Shown here piece by piece: positions 6,983 through 13,818 of a stretch of DNA of 20,851 nt. A model generated the notes under the pieces. It ran no database searches and had not been told where the DNA came from. It saw nothing but the letters and a program-made list of their open reading frames with translations. The DNA is from Alphaproteobacteria bacterium (lineage in GTDB: Bacteria; Pseudomonadota; Alphaproteobacteria; UBA828), in assembly GCA_965220745.1 (NCBI GenBank), contig CBDCQT010000001.1:1-20851 (forward strand), in the 5' to 3' direction. Numbering within the stretch: the stretch's first letter is position 1; every line of letters starts with the position of its first letter. Both the position numbers and the translations under genes were made by a program.

Positions 6983-7675
6983 ATGGCCGTCATATCCATC
7001 GCCAACCCCAAAGGCGGCACCGGCAAAACTACCACTGCTCTGCTCGTCGCCCTCGAGCTCTCCAAATCAGCGAGCGTCGCCATCATCGACGCCGATCCCA
7101 ACCGCATCGTTCACAAATGGGGCCAGGACAGGGAAGACGCCCGCAAGCCGGTGCCCCTCACCATTGCCCCGGCCCCCGAAGAATCCGAACTCATACACAC
7201 CATCACCACCCTCGCGCGCGAAAAGCAGTTCGTCCTCATCGACCTGGAAGGAACCGCATCCCGCACCGTCTCGCGCGCGTTCGCGCGATCCGACTTGGTC
7301 CTCATCCCCCTCAACCCCTCTCCCATCGACGCCCGCCAAGCGGCGGCCGCCGTGCGCCTGGTCCACGAGGAATCCGAGGTCCTGCAGCGAACCATTCCCT
7401 ACTGCCTTGCTTTCGTCAGGACCAATGCCGCCATCGTCACTCGGGATCAGGCCGCCATCCTGGCCGCTCTCGACGACGCCGACATTCCGGTCCTCAGCTC
7501 CGCCCTCATCGAGCGCGCCGCATACCGCGCCGTCTTCCGCGACGCCGCGCTGCTCGACGAACTCACACCTGAAGCCGTATCCGGCCTGGAAAAGGCCATC
7601 GCGAATGTTCACACCTTCACGGCCGAGCTCGTCGCCCTTCTCCGCTCCCTCCAACCCGAAAAGGCCGCCTCATGA
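6983..7675 (+). CDS. parA: ParA-family partition ATPase, short type Ib-like (230 aa)
   Basis: Deviant Walker A KGGTGKTT; IIDADPN; VLIDLEG; SDLVLIP; no N-terminal HTH. Confidence 0.92.
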   Translation: MAVISIANPKGGTGKTTTALLVALELSKSASVAIIDADPNRIVHKWGQDREDARKPVPLTIAPAPEESELIHTITTLAREKQFVLIDLEGTASRTVSRAFARSDLVLIPLNPSPIDARQAAAAVRLVHEESEVLQRTIPYCLAFVRTNAAIVTRDQAAILAALDDADIPVLSSALIERAAYRAVFRDAALLDELTPEAVSGLEKAIANVHTFTAELVALLRSLQPEKAAS

Positions 7676-8043
7676 CAAACAACAAATTCGGGTTCCCCGA
7701 CGCAAAGAACACCGACCCATCCGAAACATCGCCGACCACAGACCTCAGCGACTTCCAACCAGGCGAGCCCCACACGCCCGATCCCGAAACCGAAGCCAAA
7801 ATGGACCGCCGCGCCGCTGACGCCGGCTTCCCCCCGAGAACCGCCGGGAACACATCCACCGCCGACCGTCAGCAGCAGAGCGGCCACCGACGTCGGCGTC
7901 CCAAGGAGCCGGCAACGCAGCTCACCATGCACATCCCCCAACGTGTCGCCACGCGCTTCGCCAACTTCTGCGACGAGCACAGCTTCCCGTCCTACTGGTC
8001 GGCCCTCGAACACCTCATGAACAAAGCCAACGTCCCCGAATAA
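7672..8043 (+). CDS. ParA partner / stability determinant, probable C-terminal ribbon-helix-helix (123 aa)
   Basis: ATGA overlap with parA; disordered N-terminus with DLSDFQP and AGFPPR, basic RRRR patch, then strand-helix-helix QLTMHIP-QRVATRFANFC-SYWSALEHLM. Confidence 0.7.
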   Translation: MTNNKFGFPDAKNTDPSETSPTTDLSDFQPGEPHTPDPETEAKMDRRAADAGFPPRTAGNTSTADRQQQSGHRRRRPKEPATQLTMHIPQRVATRFANFCDEHSFPSYWSALEHLMNKANVPE

Positions 8044-8122
8044 CGCTGCCCCGCCGACCGCCCTCACCTCGAAAACTACCGACACCGCCATCTCCACCGG
8101 CGTCAACACCGGAACAACTCGA

Positions 8123-8293
8123 ATGTGGCTCGAACCCGCCTGGACGCCCGAAACCGCTCAAATACGCTGTTCGCAGTGCGACGACGGAGAAGTCGTCTCC
8201 GCCCTCGACGACAGACTGCGGGAACCTTGCCCCAACTGCGACGGCTGCGGCTGGCTCAGGGAGATATCCGCGACTCACTGGCCACCTTTCTGA
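8123..8293 (+). CDS. Small Zn-finger protein (56 aa, below the ORF-track cutoff)
   Basis: MWLEPAWTPETAQIRCSQCDDGEVVSALDDRLREPCPNCDGCGWLREISATHWPPF*: CxxC...CxxCxGxG (DnaJ-like); weak SD (GGA); fills the gap before the terminator. Confidence 0.55.
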   Translation: MWLEPAWTPETAQIRCSQCDDGEVVSALDDRLREPCPNCDGCGWLREISATHWPPF

Positions 8294-8309
8294 CACCTTG
8301 GCCAGGCCC

Positions 8310-8336
8310 AAGAAAAAGGCCGCGCATCGCGCGGCC
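8310..8336 (-). terminator. Intrinsic terminator downstream of ssb
   Basis: Minus strand GGCCGCGC-GAT-GCGCGGCC (8336-8318) followed by TTTTTCTT. Confidence 0.8.
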
Positions 8337-8372
8337 CGAGTTTCAGGAAGGTAGCAGATCGACCAGAAGCGC

Positions 8373-8813
8373 TTACGCCGCCTGGTCCTCCGTCCCTGCG
8401 GCCTCCGCTTCCTCACCGTTCTCGGCTGCCGCCCCTGCAGCAGCTTCACCGTTCTCCTCCTCCTTCTTATCCAGAAAGGTGACCTTGCTCGACGGGATCA
8501 ACATGATCTCCGTCACCCTACGATCGGAGGTCTCCCCCTCCTTCCTGTAGGTCCGCGTCTGGAGCTTGCCCGACACGAAAACCAGCCGGCCCTTCTTCGC
8601 GTGCTTCTCCAGCATATCGACGAGGCCCTTCTGGAACGTCACAACGTCGTGCCACTCCGTCTGTTTGACCGGCTCCCCCTTCTGCTGATCGAAATAACTC
8701 TCGTCCGTCGCCACGCTGAGCCTGGCCACCCGGCCGCCGCCCTGGAAATGCTTGACCTCCGCGTCCTGACCCAGCCGGCCGATCACCTCCGCCCTGTTCA
8801 AACCATACGCCAT
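8373..8813 (-). CDS. ssb: Single-stranded DNA-binding protein (146 aa)
   Basis: LNRAEVIGRLGQDAE, LSVATDE, TEWHDVV and KKGRLVFVSGKLQTR OB-fold motifs; SD AAGGAG. Confidence 0.95.
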   Translation of the reverse strand: MAYGLNRAEVIGRLGQDAEVKHFQGGGRVARLSVATDESYFDQQKGEPVKQTEWHDVVTFQKGLVDMLEKHAKKGRLVFVSGKLQTRTYRKEGETSDRRVTEIMLIPSSKVTFLDKKEEENGEAAAGAAAENGEEAEAAGTEDQAA

Positions 8814-8907
8814 GATCCTCGCTCCTTTTCATCGTGGTTTTGCCGCAAGCACTCAACATTACTAAAGACGCAATACCGATTCCCCCCCACCAATACCTCC
8901 CCCGTTT

Positions 8908-9939
8908 TCAAAATAACTTCATGTACGCCATCTCCCTTTCCAATTCCTCCATTCGCTGAAGCGAACGCCGCTCCTTTTCATCCTTCCAGGGCACACGCCA
9001 CGGCGAAAACATGGCCACTTCGTTCGCTTTCACACTCAATTCGCGGCACTCCGCGCCGTCGGAACGCCAGACCTCGCGCACAACGCACTCGTCTTCCTCC
9101 GCCTTCCTGCCCGAGACCTTCCTTGCCATCACCTCCAGCTCCATCCGCACCACAACCGGCAGCTCCGGCCTCCATCCCTCCTCCTCATTCCTCGTGACAA
9201 TATCCAGCTCCCCAACGTCAACGAACCACGAGCGATCTCCCACCACCACGTCCGGCCCCCGCCGAAACCTGCGCCGCCGCCTGTACCCCGGAGGCACCGG
9301 CGGATACTGACGCTGAACCTCCGCATTCCGGAGCTTCTCATCGCTCCAAAGCGCCACCTCCACGTGCGGCTTCAAAATGCACTCACCACAAAGAGACGTC
9401 TTTACCGGCCCCTCACCACGCCCCCGCTTCCTAATAAGGCTGCTCGAATGCACCAGATCCCCGCGATAACACCACCCGCACCGGCCCGGCTGCTCCACAA
9501 CCGACTCGCTGGGCGGCCCGTCTCCCACATACGAAGTCCGGATTCTGTCCCCTGCCAAGAGAGGCTCTCCAAACTCCAACTTCCTGAACTCGAACCGAAC
9601 CCTTTGATCGCACAACCGCGCCAACTCCCCGCGAACCAGCTCACCGATCTTTCCGGCCTCCTCTTCCGGAATACCCACTCGCTCCCGCGACCGGCGCCAC
9701 GCCAGAAAAACAGAATTGTCGTCGACCAGAGCGTGTGCCCAAAACGAAACGGTATCGGTCTCGCACAGAACGCGCCGCACCTCCCGATCGAACCTGCAAT
9801 TATCTTCCGCCCACGACGTCCACTCCGCCACCAACGACAGCGGCACTTGCTGTTCCTCGGCGGCTTTCTCCAATTCGCCAAACCTCTGCTCCAACGACCT
9901 CGACTCCCTCAACAACCACTCCGGATCCGACCAGTCCAT
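8908..9939 (-). CDS. Hypothetical protein (343 aa) with a probable internal duplication
   Basis: SD GGAGGGAG; co-oriented with neighbours; protein-like composition; no family recognised. Confidence 0.7.
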   Translation of the reverse strand: MDWSDPEWLLRESRSLEQRFGELEKAAEEQQVPLSLVAEWTSWAEDNCRFDREVRRVLCETDTVSFWAHALVDDNSVFLAWRRSRERVGIPEEEAGKIGELVRGELARLCDQRVRFEFRKLEFGEPLLAGDRIRTSYVGDGPPSESVVEQPGRCGWCYRGDLVHSSSLIRKRGRGEGPVKTSLCGECILKPHVEVALWSDEKLRNAEVQRQYPPVPPGYRRRRRFRRGPDVVVGDRSWFVDVGELDIVTRNEEEGWRPELPVVVRMELEVMARKVSGRKAEEDECVVREVWRSDGAECRELSVKANEVAMFSPWRVPWKDEKERRSLQRMEELEREMAYMKLF

Positions 9940-9985
9940 TTGCTCCCTCCGGCAACAGCCCCGTTACCGATGAAACCGTTCCCTC

Positions 9986-12340
9986 TCACGCACACTTCGA
10001 GTAGCCGCACGAGAGACAGACGTCACAGCCTTCCTGGTAGACCACATCGGGCTGGCCGCATCGCACGCACAGCCTCGGCCGACGGCCCGTTTCCGCTCCG
10101 CCGCCCGTATCTCCGGCGCTCAGCACCACCTGCTCGCGCGCACCCACAGCGCCGATCGATACCAGGTGCTCCTCGATGACCATCCCGATCAGCGCGAGGA
10201 TCGACGGCACGTACTTGCCCTCGACCCACTGCCCGCCGCGCGGATCGAAGACGGCCTTCAGCTCCTCGACGATGAACGACACGTCGCCGCCCCTGCGGAA
10301 CACCGCGCTCATCATCCGCGTGAGCGCCACCGTCCAGGCGTAGTGCTCCATGTTCTTGGAATTGACGAAGATCTCGAAGGGCTGCCGCCTGCCGTCCCTC
10401 ACGATGTCGTTGATCGTGATGTAGATGGCGTGATCGCTCTCCGGCCAGCGGATCTTGTACGTGCTGCCCGGCAGCGCCTCCGGCCGCTCCAGCGCCCTCG
10501 TGAGGTGAACCACCGCCCCGGCCTCGAACTGGTCTTCGGGCATCGCCGGGGGCTTCTCGAGCGGCAGCTCGTCCTGCCTCACCGCCGGCAGCGTCTCCCG
10601 GCTCCCCTCCCGTTTTCGGCCTTCATCGCCGCCTTGCCGGCCACCGCCGGCGCTCTCCAGGACCGCCCCCGTCACCTCGTTCGGACGGTACGTCGTGCAG
10701 CCCTTGCAGCCGAGCTCGTAGGCCCGGAGATACACATCCCTGAAATCGTCGAACGCCATCTCCTCGGGACAGTTGATGGTCTTGGAGATGGAGCTGTCCA
10801 CGAACGCCTGCACGCGCGCCTGGACGGCCAGGTGATCCTCGGGTCCCAGGGACTGCACATCCACGAAATAGTCGGGCAGGAGCGCCGCATCGCCCTTCAG
10901 GCGCCGGAACAGCACATACGCATGATCCTCGACGGCCTCCGCCCTGCGGCTGCCGTCCGGCATCAGTACGTTCCGCGTGTACGAATAGCTGAACACCGGC
11001 TCGATGCCCGACGAGATGTTGCCCGCCAGCAGCGAGATCGTGCCGGTCGGCGCCACCGAGGTGAGCAGCGCGTTGCGGACCCCGGACGCCGCAATCGCCG
11101 CCTTCACGTCCTCGTCGAGCCCCCGTACCGTCGGGCTGCCGCAGTACCCGCCGGCGTCGTAGAGCGGAAACGCGCCCTTTTCCTCCGCGAGCGCCGCCGA
11201 GGCGAGATACGCCGCCCTCCGCAGCGTCGCCATCCAGCGCTCGACCAGGCTGTTCGCCGCGGCGCTTCCGTACCGCGCCCGGCACATGATCAGCGCGTCC
11301 GCCAGCCCCGTGATCCCCAGCCCGATCCGCCGCTTCGCCCAGGCCTCGGCCTTCTGCGCCTCGACCGGGAAGAGCGAGCACTCGATCGCGTTGTCGAGCA
11401 TCCGCACGGCCGTCCCGGCGAGCTGCTCGAGCGCGGCCGTGTCCAGCGCTGCACTCTCCTCGAAGGGATCGCACACCAGGCTCGCCAGGTTGATCGAGCC
11501 CAGGAGGCACGCGCCATAGGGCGGCAGCGGCTGTTCCGAACAGGGGTTGGTGGCGAAGATCTCCTCGCAGTAGGCGAGGTTGTTGGCCTGGTTGATGCGG
11601 TCGATGAAGATCACCCCAGGCTCCGCATACGCATAGGTCGAGCGGACGATCTTCTCCCACAACTCCCGCGCCGAGATCGTCTTGAAGACCACACCACCGA
11701 ACGCGAGCTCCCACGCGCCGTTCTCCCTCACGGCCTGCATGAAGGCATCCGTCACCAGCACCGAGAGGTTGAACATGCGCAGCCGCCCCGGATCGCGCTT
11801 GGCCTCGATGAAGGCTTCGATGTCAGGATGATCGCAGCGAAGGCACCCCATCATGGCGCCGCGGCGAAAGCCCGCGCTCATGATCGTCCTGCACATCGAG
11901 TCCCAGCAGTCCATGAAGGGAAGCGGCCCCGACGCATCGGCGCCCACGCCCTTCACGACGGCCCCCTTGGGCCGGAGCGTGGAGAAGTCGTAGCCGATCC
12001 CGCCGCCCTGCTGCATCGTCAGAGCCGCTTCCTTCAGGTGCTCGAAGATCGACGACATGTCGTCCTCGATCCGGCCCATGACGAAACAATTAAAGAGTGT
12101 CACCTGGCGGTCCGCGCCGGCGCCGGCGAGGATGCGTCCCGCCGGCAGGAACCTGAATCCCTCCAGCGCCTCGTAGAACACCCGCTCCCAGCGCTCCGGC
12201 TCCGCCTCGGGCTTCGCCAGGGCGCGCGCCACCCGGCGCCACGTATCCTCGATCGTGCCGTCTACAGGGTTCCCGCCCGCATCCTTGAGACGATATTTCA
12301 TGTCCCAGATGCGGGACGAGATCGGCAGCATCTCGGTCAT
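9986..12340 (-). CDS. nrdJ: Class II adenosylcobalamin-dependent ribonucleotide reductase with C-terminal TSCPD-like domain and Zn ribbon (784 aa)
   Basis: FLPAGRI, TLFNCFV, GGGIGYDFS, RRGAMM, EPGVIFIDRIN, ATNPCSEQPL, ACLLGSINL, RRIGLGITG, APTGTIS, SISKTIN, KGCTTYR and terminal CxxC...CxxCGYSKCA; ATG 12340 with SD GAGGGGG. Confidence 0.95.
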   Translation of the reverse strand: MTEMLPISSRIWDMKYRLKDAGGNPVDGTIEDTWRRVARALAKPEAEPERWERVFYEALEGFRFLPAGRILAGAGADRQVTLFNCFVMGRIEDDMSSIFEHLKEAALTMQQGGGIGYDFSTLRPKGAVVKGVGADASGPLPFMDCWDSMCRTIMSAGFRRGAMMGCLRCDHPDIEAFIEAKRDPGRLRMFNLSVLVTDAFMQAVRENGAWELAFGGVVFKTISARELWEKIVRSTYAYAEPGVIFIDRINQANNLAYCEEIFATNPCSEQPLPPYGACLLGSINLASLVCDPFEESAALDTAALEQLAGTAVRMLDNAIECSLFPVEAQKAEAWAKRRIGLGITGLADALIMCRARYGSAAANSLVERWMATLRRAAYLASAALAEEKGAFPLYDAGGYCGSPTVRGLDEDVKAAIAASGVRNALLTSVAPTGTISLLAGNISSGIEPVFSYSYTRNVLMPDGSRRAEAVEDHAYVLFRRLKGDAALLPDYFVDVQSLGPEDHLAVQARVQAFVDSSISKTINCPEEMAFDDFRDVYLRAYELGCKGCTTYRPNEVTGAVLESAGGGRQGGDEGRKREGSRETLPAVRQDELPLEKPPAMPEDQFEAGAVVHLTRALERPEALPGSTYKIRWPESDHAIYITINDIVRDGRRQPFEIFVNSKNMEHYAWTVALTRMMSAVFRRGGDVSFIVEELKAVFDPRGGQWVEGKYVPSILALIGMVIEEHLVSIGAVGAREQVVLSAGDTGGGAETGRRPRLCVRCGQPDVVYQEGCDVCLSCGYSKCA

Positions 12341-12546
12341 CGCCGCCCCCTCACGAAGCCCACCGAGCCTGACCCTGCGAATGACGAAAACTCTTCGCGA
12401 TCGCCCCCCGTCTGGTACGGCACGCCCTCGTCGCAAAACGTGCAGACCGAGGGGTCTGCAACCGACCAGCTGCAGGGCTCCCCCCACTCGTCCACACAAG
12501 GCAACTCCTCCGTGCAGCCGCAAATCCGACAAGTTCCACCGCTCAT
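12337..12546 (-). CDS. Small Cys-rich (probable Zn-binding) protein (69 aa)
   Basis: MSGGTCRICGCTEELPCVDEWGEPCSWSVADPSVCTFC... with 7 Cys; SD AAGGAG; stop overlaps the nrdJ start (ATGA). Confidence 0.75.
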   Translation of the reverse strand: MSGGTCRICGCTEELPCVDEWGEPCSWSVADPSVCTFCDEGVPYQTGGDREEFSSFAGSGSVGFVRGRR

Positions 12547-12587
12547 CCTCGCCTCTCCTTCCTGACCTCCCGCAGGCAGACCGCCGT

Positions 12588-13814
12588 TCAACGCTGCGAC
12601 GCCCGGCGCACCTGCTCGACCGACTTCCTCACGTCGACCACGCACGAGTAAGACGAGCCGTCCCGGTACGCCTTCTGCACGCAGCCCACGATCGTCTCCC
12701 CGTAATTGGCCCACACGTGGTCGTGCCACCCGCCCGTCGAATCCTCGATCGGCAGCACCTTCCACTCCTGTTCCACGAAAGCGCCGGCCACCACGCAGAC
12801 CGGCGCCGCCACCGCCAGGCCCACGATCACCGCCCAGCGATGCGGCCCGCCCACCGACTTGATCCGCCTGTTCAAATCGCTGGAGTAGGCCATCAGCCGA
12901 TCGTTCAAAACCTCAATGCCTTCACCCACCTTCGCGACGGCATCGATATTTCCGTAGCTCTTCTCAATTACGTTTACGCTGTCCTCTACCCGCTTCCCCA
13001 CCTCACGCGTCGCCGTCTCCACCTTCTTCAACGTCGACCCGACCAGGTCGGCCTGCCTCGCGATGTCCTTTTGCACCTTCTCGAGCGCGTCCCCCTCGCC
13101 CCCTTTCGACGAAGCAGCTTTCAAGCCTTCCACCACCTCCACTAACGCCACGAGCTGACCCTCCACCCGCCCCAGCCCGGCCCGAACCTCCTCGTCCACC
13201 ACGGGGGCTGCCGCGGCCGGCGCAGGCGGCTTTTGCTCGCGACCCGACGCCGCCTCATCGGTTCCCTCCGGTGTCCCCCCTCCGCCGAGCTTTCCGCCAT
13301 CCTCGCGGCCCTGCTCCGCCCCGGGCCCACTTGCCTTCGTCTGCCCCGCGAACGGTATGCTCTCCACCTTTCCCTGTTTTCCGGCCCCTGCCGGCTGCCC
13401 CGCTCCGTTCGCCCCTGCCAACTCCTCCCGCTTGTCCGATCCGCCTTCCTTCACCGTGTCGCCCCTATCCGCCGCTCCTGCCCCGCCCGGACTTCCTTCC
13501 GAAACGTCCACCCTGCCCTCTCCCCCCTCTCCGTCCTCGGCCTCGCCCGCGCTATCGCTCTCGCCGGCCTCCTCGGCATTTTCCTCACCGCCGCCTTCCG
13601 AGCCCTCAAGCCCGTCCTCCACAGGCACCTCCACGACCGCCTCTTCCTCGGCCTCCCACTGCTGAGGATCCCATCCGTCCAACGCCCCCTGGAACTCAAA
13701 CCCCTCTGCCTCGACCGACTTCCCGGCCCTGCCCGGTTTTCCCGGCTCCGCCTTGCTGTCCGCCATCGGCCCGTCTGCCTTGCCGGCCGCGACTTGCCGT
13801 TCCCTGTCCGCCAC
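12588..13814 (-). CDS. Membrane-anchored protein: acidic disordered N-half, coiled coil, one TM helix, C-terminal Cys pair (DUF6118-like; 408 aa)
   Basis: GTG 4 nt after the virD4 stop; TM WAVIVGLAVAAPVCVVAGAFV; tail NYGETIVGCVQKAYRDGSSYSCVVDV recalls DUF6118 (recognised from memory, unverified). Confidence 0.7.
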   Translation of the reverse strand: MADRERQVAAGKADGPMADSKAEPGKPGRAGKSVEAEGFEFQGALDGWDPQQWEAEEEAVVEVPVEDGLEGSEGGGEENAEEAGESDSAGEAEDGEGGEGRVDVSEGSPGGAGAADRGDTVKEGGSDKREELAGANGAGQPAGAGKQGKVESIPFAGQTKASGPGAEQGREDGGKLGGGGTPEGTDEAASGREQKPPAPAAAAPVVDEEVRAGLGRVEGQLVALVEVVEGLKAASSKGGEGDALEKVQKDIARQADLVGSTLKKVETATREVGKRVEDSVNVIEKSYGNIDAVAKVGEGIEVLNDRLMAYSSDLNRRIKSVGGPHRWAVIVGLAVAAPVCVVAGAFVEQEWKVLPIEDSTGGWHDHVWANYGETIVGCVQKAYRDGSSYSCVVDVRKSVEQVRRASQR

Positions 13815-13818
13815 AGCG

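Noticed and set aside
6983-8043. virC1/virC2 assignment for parA and partner
   Set aside because: Same general ATPase + RHH architecture, but no specific VirC motifs or T-DNA context were recognised; a generic partition call is safer.
8814-8907. Frpo/ssi-type single-strand promoter or oriT upstream of ssb
   Set aside because: AT-richer with two GGTATTG copies on the minus strand, but no long stem-loop, well-spaced -35/-10 pair or recognisable nic site.
9986-12340. Intein or intron in nrdJ
   Set aside because: Frame is continuous, length is normal, and no intein or homing-endonuclease motifs were seen; the low-complexity stretch before the C-terminal domain looks like a linker.
12341-12587. 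Cobalamin riboswitch, NrdR box or 64-aa N-terminal extension upstream of nrdJ
   Set aside because: The space is occupied by the 69-aa Cys-rich ORF and a 41-nt gap; no AT-rich NrdR palindrome or B12-box was seen.
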